Below are positions 1 through 12,324 of a stretch of 64,000 bases of DNA, one piece after another. The notes under the pieces were generated by a model. It did no database searches. It saw only the letters and a program-made list of their open reading frames with translations, and was not told the origin of the DNA. Position 1 is the stretch's first letter. Each line of letters begins with the position of its first letter. Source of the DNA: Selaginella moellendorffii (lineage: Eukaryota > Plantae > Lycopodiophyta). The DNA is taken from positions 1,344,654-1,408,653 of the forward strand of contig NW_003314308.1 in assembly GCF_000143415.4 (NCBI RefSeq), read 5' to 3'. A program made the translations under genes and the position numbers.

Positions 1-1560
1 ACACCTACAAGGTAATATATACATCGCATTTGGTTCGTAAGTCGATAGTCGTTTTCTATTTCATTTCAGCGAGACATTGAGAAATTGCATCCGGCAATCA
101 ACTGCTCAGTCGTGTATGGATCTCTTCCACCAGAGACTCGCACCAAGCAGGTAATGCTTTCATGGTTTTATACGAACGAGCACAAGTTCTTCCTTTCTTT
201 TTTGTTTTTTTCTGCTCTGTGCTTGAAAAACGGTTCTGTACTTCTCGGCTTTCAGTGTGCAGGCTGAACGATTCAACAAGGCCGACGAGGACTTTAGTAT
301 ACTTGTCGCCAGCGACGCGATCGGGATGGGTCTAAATCTTAACATCCAGCGCATCATCTTCACGAAGCTGGACAAGTTCGATGGCATCGCTCGCTGCTAC
401 CTCAGTGTCATGCAAGTGAAGCAAATAGCAGGTTTGAATGGTGTCACATTCGTCAAACGACTTCATGCCTATCACTTGTGTGACAGGTCGAGCTGGAAGA
501 TTCAAGTCCAAATATCCTGTAGGCGAGGTAACATGTCTGAAAGGTTCTGATATAGCTCACCTGCATCGAGCACTTGCAACACCAACACCTGCTGTAGTGG
601 TAATGAACTGTTGGTTGGATTTCCTATTTTTCTTTTGTTATTTCAGGCAGCAGGAGTTTTCCCAACTTTTGATCAAATAGGCCTGTACTGCACCTTTTAT
701 CCGAACTTCCCATTTTCGGCTATACTGGTGTGCTCATGTTTTCCGCTTGATTCGCTTTCTAACTTGTAAACCTTTGCAGGAAAAGTTCATTGCTACCGTG
801 ACTTTGTCTTCAATGTTCTTTCTGTGTGACTCTTCAAATCTCTTGGCGATAGCCAGGATGCTTGACGACATTCCACTGCCCATGGATTCCCGTTTCCTTT
901 TCTGTACATGGTAACACTCGTGGTTTTGTTGCCTTTAACTCGATACAATGGTTGCGTTTGTGCAGCCCCGTGGACAAAGATAACCGTATAATCATGGGAG
1001 CTTTACTCGAGGTATAGTTGTTCCACAATATCGTATGTTTGTTTTCTAGCAATGTTTTATGTTTTTCATAGTTTGCTAGGAACTATGCGGTCAATAGGAA
1101 TGTGCCACTGAAGAGGCTTCTAACACCTGCGACAATGCGAGTCCCAAGCACACAAAAGGATCTAGCGGAACTGGAGTCCCTACACAAGGTTCGCTTGTCT
1201 GGCTTTGTAAGCTGTTTAACTTGCGTTGTGTGAGCTCCAGGTTCTTGATATGTATATTTGGCTCAGCTATCGACTAGAGGATGCCTTCGTGGATCGTGAG
1301 TCTGCCATCACACAGAAACACCTGTGCAGCACGTAAGATCTCTTTTTCATCTTGCCTTCCAACTGATCTGTGTCCGCTCCAGATTGATCGAGCAGGCACT
1401 AAACTACTGGAACACGGAGCTGTCGAGCCGTAAGGCTGCCAAGCGTGAACTGATCCAGAATCTAATCGAGGAGGGGCGTTTACCAGAGGATGAAACGCCT
1501 GGAGCTCAGCGCGCGAGTATGTACAACCTCAACATGGACAGGGAAGTGAGGATAAGTTGA
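1..1560 (+). CDS. SUV3: SUV3-like mitochondrial ATP-dependent RNA helicase, 3' half (multi-exon; 5' part lies outside the window)
   Basis: Exons read VYGSLPPETRTKQ / AERFN...LVASDAIGMGLNLNIQRIIF...QVKQIAG / RAGRF... / VLDMYIWLSYRL, which are the SUV3 C-terminal helicase motifs. Short GT-AG introns; TGA at 1558-1560. I saw no lesion in the exons I checked. Confidence 0.85.
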
Positions 1561-1562
1561 GC

Positions 1563-1725
1563 AAGCTGGATCAAAGGCGGACAAGATGAACAGAATCCGA
1601 GGAGTGTCCCTGGATAAAATGTGGTAGAATGCGCTTAAGCTGTTTGCAAGGAGGGGGGCGAGAAAGGGATTCGACAATGCAATGGGCTGACAAGGGAGAG
1701 GTGGTGGAGTTGCTGGGACGCAGCC
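1563..1725 (+). pseudogene. Heavily deleted F-box gene relic
   Basis: Collinear short blocks (caagctggatc, ggacaagatgaaca, gtggtagaatg, cttaagctgtttg, gggattcgaca, gtggtggag, gacgcagcc) match the F-box gene at ~4400-4655. Confidence 0.7.
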
Positions 1726-1769
1726 AAGATGGTGCGGCATGACTTTTTTAAGATGGTCTTTTTCCATGT

Positions 1770-3230
1770 TTTATTTGCATAATTAAGTTTTTAGTTAATT
1801 ATTTATAGTTATTCATAAAATATTTTTATTGATCTTATTTTTATTAATATATAGATATTTTTAGAATATATATATCACGAATATTTAATAAATTACTAAA
1901 TATTTATAAATAAAAAATAAACCCTTTAAGCAAAAATTTAATGTTTATTTTATTTTTCCAAATAACTATTATTAAATGTGTCAAACATATTGTGATACAA
2001 GGATATACTACTATTTAGGTAATGCAGTTATTAGAAGAAAAACCATTAAATATAATAATTCAAGTTTTAATTATCCAAATATTTATACTATATTTTAGAA
2101 AAAAAAAATATTTATAAAAATTAAAAAATAACTATAATTTCTATAATATGAGTTAAAGATTTTGAAGCTTGAAGCAACAAAATTTGATTTTTTTTTTAGC
2201 TAAATTTTTACTATATAATTTTATTATTTTCCAAGAATAAATAAAAAGATGCACAAGTTGTTTAAACCATCTTCTTAATTTTTGATCTTTTCCTAAAACC
2301 CTTATGCAAAAATACATATCGTATAAATAAATAATTATTGGGTTTATTGTTTATTTATTTTCTACCATATGATGGTTATTTACGCAGAGCATCTATTGAA
2401 AAAAAATTAAATATAATAATTTATGTTTTAGTCATCCAAAAACATATACTGTATTTTAAAAAAGTTTTTGTTTGTTAATTTTATGATGGTTACAAAAATT
2501 AATAAATAACTATAGTTTTTACAATATAAGTTAAAGATTTTAATACAACAATTTTTTATTTATTTAAGTTACATTTTTACTATATAATTTTATTGTTTTC
2601 CAAAAATGAATAGAAAAATGCACAAATTACTTAAACTTTTTAACAAATTTCTGATATCTTTTTTAAATTTTTGTTCTTTCCTACCTTACCAATACAAGTA
2701 GTAATCATATCAAGTCCAAACCTAGTAATATTTCCACTATAAAGAAAATGCCGAAAAGATTTCTACAATAAAACAAAAGCTCATTTCACCTTTGTAAAAT
2801 CAGTAATGCATATATATTGTATGTTTAAATAAATAAATAAAGTTTATTGTTTATTTATTTTTTTACCATTGGATGATTGTTTAGGCAAAGCAGCTATTGA
2901 AAAAAATAATAATAATAATTCACGTTTTAGTCATCCAAAAATTTATACCATATTTTAGAAAAGTTTTTTGTTTGTTAATTTTATGATGGTTAACAAAATA
3001 AACAAATAACTCAAGTTTTTACAATATGAGTTAAAGATTTTAAAGTGACACAAATTCATTCTTATTTAAACTTTATTTTCCTATATAATTTTATTATTTT
3101 CCAAGAATGAATAAAAAAATACACAAATTGCTTAAACTTTGTAACAACTATCTCCTCAATTTCTAATCTCTTCCTAGAACATTGTGCAAAAATATATCAT
3201 ATAAAATAACAGTATAACAATAAGATAATA
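1770..3230. repeat. Very AT-rich stretch with three degenerate ~400-500 bp repeat units
   Basis: ataatt(c/t)a.gtttta.t.atccaaa recurs at ~2055, ~2415 and ~2915; tattattttccaa.aat.aata recurs at ~2222, ~2590 and ~3090. No ORFs. Confidence 0.65.
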
Positions 3231-3742
3231 GTATAATCATGGGAGCTTTACTCAAGGTATGGTTGTTCCACAATATTGTATGTTTCATTGTTTTATCTTT
3301 TCCATAGTTTGCTAGGAACTACGCAGTCAATAGGAATGTCCCACTGAAGAGGCTTCTAACACCTGCAACAATGCGAGTCCCAAGCACACAAAAGGATCTA
3401 GCGGAACTGGAGTCCCTACACAAGGTTCGCTTCTCTGGCTTTGCAACCTGTTATAACTCGCTCCAGGTTCTTGATATGTATATTTGGCTGAGCTATCGAC
3501 TGGAGGACGCATTCGCTGATCGTGATCGCACAGAAACATCTGTGCAGCGCGTAAGATCTCTTTGTGTCAGCTTGCATTCCAACTGATCTTGTCCACTCCA
3601 GATTTATCGAGCAGGCACTGAGCTGTCGAGCCGGAAGGCTGCCAAGCGCGAACTGATCCAGAATCTCATCGAGGAAGGGCGTTTGCCAGAGGATGAAACC
3701 CCCGGAGCTCAGCGCGCGAGTATGTACAACCTCAACATAGGA
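3230..3742 (+). pseudogene. Duplicated 3' fragment of SUV3
   Basis: Near-copy of 985-1535 (MRVPSTQKDLAELESLHK, YIWLSYRL, ETPGAQRASMYNLN) with small deletions and no 5' part. Confidence 0.85.
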
Positions 3743-3813
3743 CAAGTTGATAACTTTTGTTTAACGGTGGAAAACATTTTAAAAAACCATCGCCACATTT
3801 TTAGGTTTGTGGA

Positions 3814-4896
3814 ATGGGGAGGAAGGCATGGGCGATGGTGATGTGCTGCGAAGAGCTCGTAGCTCTGATCGTCACGTATCTGGGTCGGCGGGATCTGGCA
3901 CGGTGCTGCAGCGTCTCCAAGCTGTGGAACCAGTGCTGCCGCTGGCAGCTCGCCCACGGCCGCGGATTAGGGTTTCTCATCGCCCCTACCGAAGGATCCA
4001 AGCTATGGATGTGCGATTCCAACACTGGGGAGGAGCAGTGGGTGCCTCTAGGTCTCTCTGATTCGGCTGTGCTGGGAGCTTGCCAAGGATTGGTGCTTAT
4101 AGAATCCCGTGGGGTGCTGGCGATTGGCGAGCCCAGCGTGAAGCGGTGGAAGCTCTTGTGGAGGCCGCGGATTGATGCAATATCGGCTTGGCTGGGTCGT
4201 GTGCAAGGCCAGCTTCTCATCCTCATCATCGACAAATCCGGCGCCGTGCAAAAGTACGATTTCGCCAACGATTCTTGGATAGATGTTTGCCGTCCGTCGA
4301 GGAGGATCGCTCTTATGGAGGAATGCGTCTTAATCAGGGGCGGCTGCTACAGGCTCTTCGAAAAGTTGACGCATGGCCATGACTACGTGTTTGATGATAT
4401 TTACAAGCTGGATCTGAGGCGTGGAGTGTGGGACAAGATGAACATGAGACGTGAATCTGTTCGCAAATTCGAGTGCCTCCGGATAGAGAAAAAGGTGGTA
4501 GAATGGCGAGGCAAGGCCCTCATGTATACTCTTAAGGTGTTTGACCAGGAGGAGGAGCTACGAGAGGGCAGGGGATTCGACACTCCAAGACTGTATGAGC
4601 TACTGGTTGATAAGGGAAAAGTGGTGGAGCTTCCGACGCGGCTAGACGCAGCCAACGTCCTGAGCCCTGAGTTGCCCGAGGTGGTGTCTGATGACTATGA
4701 CCTCTTTTGGATAACTAGAGACAGAAATGTGTTCAAGTATTCGGTGGCCGATTTGTCCTTCAACAAGCTGGTTCTGGACTCTGATGCTGCGCCGAATTTA
4801 TACCTCCCGAGAGCTTTCTTCTATATTCCTGACGGTGGGGAGGCCTTGTCTCGCAACATTTTGTCACATTTGCCTGATGTACCACATGATTATTAG
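3814..4896 (+). CDS. Intronless F-box protein with probable beta-propeller C-terminus (copy 1, 360 aa)
   Basis: N-terminal F-box motif EELVALIVTYLGRRDLARCCSVSKLWN. GACQGLVLI and YDFANDSWIDV resemble F-box-associated/kelch-like blades. Open frame. Confidence 0.85.
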   Translation: MGRKAWAMVMCCEELVALIVTYLGRRDLARCCSVSKLWNQCCRWQLAHGRGLGFLIAPTEGSKLWMCDSNTGEEQWVPLGLSDSAVLGACQGLVLIESRGVLAIGEPSVKRWKLLWRPRIDAISAWLGRVQGQLLILIIDKSGAVQKYDFANDSWIDVCRPSRRIALMEECVLIRGGCYRLFEKLTHGHDYVFDDIYKLDLRRGVWDKMNMRRESVRKFECLRIEKKVVEWRGKALMYTLKVFDQEEELREGRGFDTPRLYELLVDKGKVVELPTRLDAANVLSPELPEVVSDDYDLFWITRDRNVFKYSVADLSFNKLVLDSDAAPNLYLPRAFFYIPDGGEALSRNILSHLPDVPHDY

Positions 4897-5269
4897 AGCA
4901 TTGTGTCGTAGTGTCACCCGGAGGTGCAGTTCATTTTCTCATTCGTGGAAATACACTTCCCAAGGTGACGGTTCTTTACTTGGACTTCATCAAGTCGAGT
5001 GTGATTTACTGTGATGGGGTTGTGGGCTGCTGCCACCACGGACGCCAAGTGACGAATGGCTCCGGGTGCTAGACGTCGAATTTCTTTTGCAGATGAGAGA
5101 CCTGCATCCATCCATGGTTACCGAGTAGCATGGCAGCGCAGGTGCTGAATCCTCAGAGGCTGCATCAAGCCTTTGAGCAAAAGCTACAAGTTCACTCCTG
5201 GCAGGTAAGTGGTGAAGTTGGTGTAAACTTGTCGTTCTTGTTCTGATTCAATTGTTTCAAGATGGTTTT

Positions 5270-6990
5270 TCTTCGATACAGATGGTCAAGGTTAGTCAAT
5301 CGTGGTAAACGGCGGCCATGAGCGCGTAGGCCGAGGAACACGTTCTCTTTCTCTTGGACATTGAGGAGCTCCTCAAAGGCGGCCCTCGCTACACCCACGT
5401 GCCCATATCTCCTGCTCGCGTCGATCACTCTCTGCGTCGCATTGGCGGCTAAATCCCGCGACGAGAGCGCTCCAGGAGATGAGACCTCCCGACGACGAGG
5501 AAGAGGCGAAGAATCTCTCGGCCTCGTCCATGCTGCCGCATCGCCCATACGCATCCACCAGGCAGCTCGCCACGACCGGGTCGATGAGATCTCGCCCCAA
5601 TTCATGGCTCGCGCGCGTGGAGCTTGCGAATTCTTTCCAGATTCATCGCAGTGGCATAGTCCATGACGATCGAGCGAGATGATCGCATCGCCGCGAGCAG
5701 TGCCAGGGACTCCTAGGGCTGGCCATTCTCGAGGTAGCCGAGGATCAAAACGTTCCAAGGCGCCGGGTCTTCGTCCCGGAGCATGGCGAAGATCCTGTGC
5801 GCTCCCACACTTGGAGTACATATTGAGGCCACGAATCGATCCTGCTTCACGCTCAGACCGCGAGCTCTCGGGCACAAACACCTCCATCGCTATCGATGGA
5901 TTCGGGGATTCGGGATGATTGCTCGCTGGCAGCCATGCTCGTGCACGCATTGGCGGCCGCGACGATCGTCCTCGCATCGCCAAAAATCTCTCTTTTCGAT
6001 CTATCCAGCATCATCATCTGCGAGAAGAGATCCAGCGCCATCGCTGCCTGGCCGAGCTCCCCCAACTGGATTGGCGATGATCAAGCTTGTCAAACACCGC
6101 TCGAGCTAGATCCACGCTTCCACACTTTGCGTAGAGATCCACCAGCGTGCTCGCGACGAACACGTCCAGATCAAACCTCTCTTTGCTGCCTCGCTGTGGA
6201 GAAATATACCTCGCACCATCTTGATCGCCGCCAACTTTCCAGAAAAATTTCTTCTCCCGTTCTTCCCTCGCGGCCAGCCCAGAAAACGACTTGAGCGCCG
6301 CCACAAAACTCCTGGCACTGGATCGATTGGTGTTGCTCGCCATGAATTCTTGGAAGAGTCCTAATCCCGAGATCATGGAAGTCCACGAGACAACGTCGTG
6401 AGTTTCCATTCGCTCGAAGATCATTCGAGCGGCAGGATTTCCCATACGCGTCGGGCGACGAGCACGTCTGTGTGCCATCCGGCTTGCTCGCACCAAGAGT
6501 GGACCAGCCGAGGCTCTTGATCTTGACGAACTTGGAGCTCCCGCGATCAAGAAAATCGGTTTTCTCGATCGCTGCTAGCTTGCTGCAAGCTTTGAGAGCC
6601 TGCCAGAAACGTCGCGCTGTCTGGAGAGATCGTGGAGAGGTTTGCGATTCGTGCGAAAAGTTCCAGTGCCTGGAAAGCTTCTCCATTGTCAGCGTAGCCG
6701 AGGATGAGAGAGTTCCATGAAACAACGGTTGGAGCTGTGTCGAAGACACGGCGAGCTTCGGCCATCCTGCCACATTTTGCGTACACCGATCATGGCGTTT
6801 GCCACTCTCGGTGGCACGAGCGTGAATCTCTTTGCCTCTTTTCAAGCGGACTTCAGATCGAAGATCACAGATGAGTCCTGAGGATCTGATGAAAGAATGT
6901 GTATTCCAGGGAGGAGTGATGCTGCTTCTCCTGAAGTTTTCATGACGAGATGGCTTGTGATCTGCCAAGCAAGAAGTAGAGCTTATTACC
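5270..6990 (-). pseudogene. Degenerate PLS-class PPR gene
   Basis: Fragments in several frames: MYAKCGRMAEARRVFD..VVSWNSLILGY, VFVASTLVDLYAKCGSVDLARAVFD, LVDAYGRCGSMDEAERFF. Many frameshifts. Confidence 0.85.
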
Positions 6991-7225
6991 ATCTTATAGA
7001 GCAGTGAAAACGGAAGCTCAAGAGAAGAGAAATATTTTACCTCGAAAGTCCATGGTAGGCGCTAACACATTTATCTTTCTAATATTAGATCTTTGGATTT
7101 CCAAAGGTAAGCAAGCCGTTTAAATGGCTTTACAATTGCTCAAACACCTCGCCTACGACGCCCCACAGCGCACGCGCCATAGCCATGGTCTACGTGAAAG
7201 ACAAATATCTAGCGGTACGGAAATG

Positions 7226-7285
7226 CACTCCATTGTCCAAATCGTGGAAGTCATTGCTCACGAGCTGGTTTCGGACCTCGCTCCT
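7226..7285 (-). pseudogene. CYP51 exon-2 micro-fragment
   Basis: ccattgtccaaatcgtggaag...gagctggtttcggacctcgctcc matches 22677-22740 of the intact CYP51. Confidence 0.75.
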
Positions 7286-7913
7286 GCCAAGGATTGGTGC
7301 TTATAGAATCCCGTGGGGTGCTGGCGATTGGCGAGCCCAGCGTGAAGCGGTGGAAGCTCTTGCGGAGGCCGCGGATTGATGCAATATCGGCTTGGCTGGG
7401 TCGTGTGCAAGGCCAGCTTCTCATCCTCATCATCGACAAATCCGGCACCGTGCAAAAGTACGATTTCGCCATGGATAGATGTTTGCCGCCCGTCGAAGAG
7501 GATCGCTCTTATGGAGGAATGCGTCTTAATCAGGGGCGCCTGCTACAGGCTCTTTCGAAGGCATCGCACGTTTGATGGCATTTACAAGTTGGATCCGAGG
7601 TGTGGAGTGTGGGACAAGATGAACATGAGCCGTAAATCTACCCACAAATTCGAGTACTTCGTGGTAAGACAAAAGGTGGTGGAATGGCGAGGCAAGGCCC
7701 TCATGTATACTCATAAGGTGGTGTCTGATGACTATGACCTCTTTTGGATAACTCGAAAGAGAGACGTGGTCTTTCGACAAGCTGGCACAGGGCTCTGATA
7801 CTGCGCCGAATTTGTTACTCGCGGCGGGAGCTTACTACTATATTCCTGACGGTGGGGAAGCTCTGTCTCGCAACATTTTGTCACATTTGCCCAATTTACC
7901 ACATGATTATTAG
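7286..7913 (+). pseudogene. Truncated, internally deleted F-box gene
   Basis: Lacks the F-box N-terminus, has a frameshift after KYDFA and two internal deletions. The 3' part and downstream sequence closely match copy 4 (21000-21790). Confidence 0.9.
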
Positions 7914-8057
7914 AGCTTTGCACGAGTGTTCGTAGTTTCCTCTCTAAAGCTCGAGCTGAGATGTGTCCTCTTGTGCTTTGTAACGATAGAAAAAGTGAAA
8001 AACAAAGAACCAAGACTGGTTCCTTATATAAAAATACAAAAGGTTGATTCTTCAGAA

Positions 8058-8303
8058 TGATGAGGCAAGCAGCTTCCTCTTGTAGCGAACCATCACCTTG
8101 CCTTTTGGTCCGACCACCATTCAATCAATCTCCGGGAACGGAGAAACCAGCTCCATCTCAAAGTTTCGGAGAAGAATGCTCCACACCGCCTTTACCTGCA
8201 TGTATCCAAAGGTTTCTCCGAGGCAGCCATGGCGACCGCCACCGAAGGAGGTGTAGGAGAATGGGACAGCCTTGTCCTCCTCCCGGCCGGGAGCGAAGCG
8301 CTC
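8058..8303 (-). pseudogene. CYP51 3' fragment including the heme-binding motif
   Basis: Near-identical to 21794-22043 (FGGGRHGCLGE region); the rest of the gene is absent. Confidence 0.9.
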
Positions 8304-8962
8304 AGGCTAAAGCATCCGCCTGACCCCTGCAGAGCATTTGAGTTAGTTACCTCACAGTCAAGATGCACAATGTGTACCATTCTGAATCGTACATATTTGT
8401 CTCATCAACGTGCCGAAACACTGCCAAAACGCGATGACAGTAAGTCAAGGAATGGAGTTCTAATATATATACCTTCTCCGACGTCCAGCAACTGTGACAC
8501 TTGCTCTGCACAAGAAACTTTCTCCTCCCTCAACCCAGCGCTATTCCGCTCTGCAGCATGCTCGTTAAACAGTATTTTGGCCAGGAAAAGTCTTACCTCA
8601 ATGTTTTCATGAACTGGAAGTTTCCTGTTCTCCGGAGCCATCCGGAGCCTTTGAAAAAGAAACTATACCAGGCTATAAATAAATGGCCGCGTACCTTCCC
8701 TTCCCAACTTTATCTAGAAACACCTATGAAATGCTGAAACTAACTAGAAAGCAAACCTGGGAGCAAATGCCTCCAACCCCAGGAGTCTGATGCAGGTCGG
8801 GAAAAATCCACTGGAATAGCGAAATCGAATATTTTAATTACTAGTTTGATAAAGTCTTATTCTAGCTTCCTCAACGCTGTTTCCTGCACCTGAATTGGGT
8901 CAGCAAGGCCCAAGCGAGTCTAAAAGGGGAACATACCGCGGCCGCTTCGTTACTGCCTGTTA

Positions 8963-10333
8963 CTAGGCCCCGCTCCTTCGTCGCCAGCTGTGGCGTTCAA
9001 CTAAGATAGGGCGACAAAAAACGGAAAAAACGAAACATACCAGGACTTCCCGAGTCCGTCCCTGTCGCGAGCCCACTTGTGGCCACTTCTCCGACGGTCC
9101 ACGCTAAAATCATAATCAGATAACCGACCATACGAGCCAGACCTCAATATAAAACATTTACCAGGATGTAAGTTTGATCCGAATTGATTAAAGCCTTCTG
9201 GAAGCTCAAAATCCAGCTGCCGCTTCAGCTCTTGCAGCAACTGCTGCTGCTGCTGCTGGAGCTGCTGCTTTTCTTCCTCGATGATTTGCAGTAACTCTTC
9301 GGCATAATCGAATGTGCCATACTCATCGAGTCCAGGCCCTGGAATCCCCCATGGATCTAGAAAAACCAAATATACAGGCAGAAACGGTTTTTAATTCAAA
9401 GTAGTTTCTTACCTTTCTTGAGGACTTGCTCCTCGTGCTTGCCAAAGAGTGCATCAAAGTTTCTAATAAAGCACTCCATATGCAAGTAGTGCATGTTTCG
9501 CAGTCGATCCAGTGTGCTTGTGTACACATCATAGTCGCCCGGGTTGTAAACGTGCACGACAGTGAGCTTGTTGCCATTGACATACGCTAAGGCACGTACA
9601 TACTTGTCTCTTCCGACTGGTTGATGAAAACACACAAGCCTGTTGAGGACGTATTTGTAGTATCCTAAACAAAAATAACCAGACATATTATTTACCAACT
9701 ACGTGAAAATGCTTACCGTCCCTATGATGCTCCGGTGTTTTTTTCGCAAAATTGACCCATTTGGGGTCAGCGATCCAGTTCTGCTGCTCAATCACTTTCT
9801 ACGGAAAACGGAAAACAAACGTAAGACAAAAACATAAGACAGAAACAAGCTTAGTTTTACCTGCATTGCCCTTCGTAATCCACTCCACAGAAGCACTCCT
9901 GGTGCAGCGTCAACTCTGTATCTCCGTCCATCGTGAATGTACATCCTCGCCTCGAAAATCTCAAGAGCTTGCCGGGCTCCTGTCATGACGCCGCCCGCAG
10001 GACCAGTCACCTTGTGGATCCCGCCATCTTCTCCAACAAAAGTCGGGAAGCCCCCATAGAGCTTAGAATTGGCTCTCTTGGAAGCCCTCCGGAAGAGGTT
10101 GGGGATGTACAAGTACCCCTCGGGATCAACAGATTTCCAGGTCTTCTCGCACTCCTTATAGATTTCTTTAGAAACCGATGTCTCGACGGCATCTTCACAG
10201 ATCACCTCCTTACTCCTAAAAAACAGAGATTGAACCATGCGACTCTAAACAAGAAAAAGAAGAGCACTTACCGGAGGAAAAGTGCCGCAGAGGATACGAA
10301 ACAAGCTCCAAAAACTTTCACAGCAAACCTCAT
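8963..10333 (-). CDS. Multi-exon gene of unknown function (~350 aa, hydrophobic N-terminus, poly-Q/coiled segment)
   Basis: ATG at 10333. Exons 10333-10272, 10215-9861, 9798-9717, ~9664-9413, ~9357-9162, 9103-~9041 and 9000-8963 join in frame across canonical short GT-AG introns. The 3' end is less certain. Confidence 0.65.
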
Positions 10334-10594
10334 GGCGACGGACAAGCAGGCAGCTCCCTCAATCGGCAATCGGCGGCCCCCTCAATCACCTAAAACAAGA
10401 CAGCAATAAGAGTAAATAATTTGGATTAAAGACTAAGCTAAGAGACTTACATTATCTGTGCCTTGCCGAATCGTCCCCACCGCATTTCTCCTGTAAATCC
10501 CAAGTCAGCGATTGGATAAACGAACAACACTCACAAAGGTGTGCACCGCTGTCTTGTCCTCCTCTGGTGAGGAGCGCACGCTGTCGGCGCGAGC

Positions 10595-10703
10595 AAGCCT
10601 GCTGGCAAATACTGGAGACTTCGCAACAATGTGGCCTGCGGGAATGTTATACTTTAGACGCCGTCTCGAGTGGTGACCGAGGAATATTTGTGGCGGTAGA
10701 GCA
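10595..10703 (-). pseudogene. CYP51 exon-3 fragment
   Basis: Encodes YNIPAGHIVAKSPVFASRL versus YNIPAGHIVATSPAFANRL in the intact gene. Confidence 0.8.
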
Positions 10704-10754
10704 GACAATCTGGTTGCTGCACGTCGAAGTCGACCACTTTGGCCATCACGGTTG

Positions 10755-11690
10755 AAAAAGTGTTTCTGTGCGATGGCAGCGTCCACTAGTCGATAGCTCA
10801 GCCAAATATACATATCAAGAGCCTGGAGCTCACAATACGCGAGTTATAGCATGATGCAAAGCCGGACCAGCAAACCTTGTGTAGTTCCGCAGGTGTGAGA
10901 AGCTTCTTCAGTGGGATATTCCTATTGACCGCGTAGTTCCTAGCAAACTATGGAAAAGATAAAACAATGCTAGAAAACAAACATACGATATACCTCGAGT
11001 AAAGCTCCCATGATTATACGGTTATTTAGGCACGGGGCTGCACAAGCCGAACCATATAATCAAGTCGAAGCCAGCAAAAACGACGAGTGTTACCATTTAC
11101 AGAAAAGGAAGAATGTCCCTCGCTATCGCCAAAAGATATGTAGAGTCACACAGAAAGAACATTGAAGACACAATAACGATAGCATTGAACTTTTCCTGCA
11201 AAGGTGTATAAGTTAGAAAGCGAATCAGGCACAAAACATGAGCACACCAGTATAGCCGTGGGAAGTTCGGATAAAAGTACAGTACAGGCCTATTTGATCG
11301 AAAGATGGAAAAACTCCTGCAGCCTGAAAGAAGAGATAAAGAACAAAGGAAAATGTTTACGAAACAATCCAGTGACTGATCAAATGATACCTCGAGTGTG
11401 TCCTGAGTGCGTTCCAGCAGGTTCTGAATATCCACACAAGTTTATCTCTTTTGGCAGCACCACCAACAAAAGCCCGAGTGAAAGCGTATCCTCTTTTGGA
11501 GCTTCCGATCATCTGATCCAATCCACGAAACAAGGGAACATGATAAATAAACGAGAAAACCCTTGTTCTTGCCTGGATCTCGTCAATGACGGCACACTCG
11601 TGATGTCCGCCATCTCGACAGTCATCGCTGTGCTCCCTCGATCTCGTTGCGCTCCTGTCCAGTGAGAAGACTGCATGGTACATTGAGAAA
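10755..11690 (-). pseudogene. Inverted, deleted SUV3 copy
   Basis: Minus-strand AMTVEMADIT, ECAVIDEIQ, IGSSKRGYAFTRA, SSMFFLCDSTYLLAIAR and MYIWLSYRL, with retained introns and large deletions. Confidence 0.85.
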
Positions 11691-11829
11691 ACCTGATGAA
11701 CTCTTTCGGTTGCCAATCAGCTCCTGCTCTTCTTTGAGAGCTGTTATTTGAGATCGGCGTCTCCATCGTCACACTATGGAGAAAAATCTGGAAGCGACTT
11801 AAGAAGCAAGTAGAACCAAATAGTCAGAA

Positions 11830-11900
11830 GTAAAAAGGAGATTTTGATTTGCACACCTGAGTTGTGGCCTACGAACGTCTTCAATTTGGTCATCTTGGCC
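11830..11900 (-). pseudogene. CYP51 exon-1/intron-1 junction relic
   Basis: gagattttgatttgcacacctgag...acgtcttcaat matches 22908-22975. Confidence 0.65.
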
Positions 11901-12324
11901 GCTCGGGACTGCTGCCCAGGCGCTGCAAGCAAGTAAAGTAGCTCCAAGTGAATAAGAAAAGAATAACATCGAAGAAAGAAAAACGAGATTTTGATTTGAA
12001 GAAGAAAAACATCTTCCAACATGTGATCCACTGCAATCAGGAGCGCCTACATACCTCTGGACCGATCAAAGAATGCCGCTACCCAGGCGCTGCCAGCAGG
12101 CAAAGGCTAACTTGAGGTGAGCATCTCCAAGGGAACGAAATCAACATAGAGCTACCTTGGGCGGGTTGAATCGAATCAGAAACACGGATAGAAAAGAGTG
12201 ATTTTTGGACGGACTTCAGAGCTAACCTCAGGCAGTCGGGCGTGAGCGGCCTCTTCTTGAGCGGCTAACATGAGATCCTCAAACGGCTTAAGAAGATACC
12301 TCGGGAGATCTCGCCGAGGCGCCG

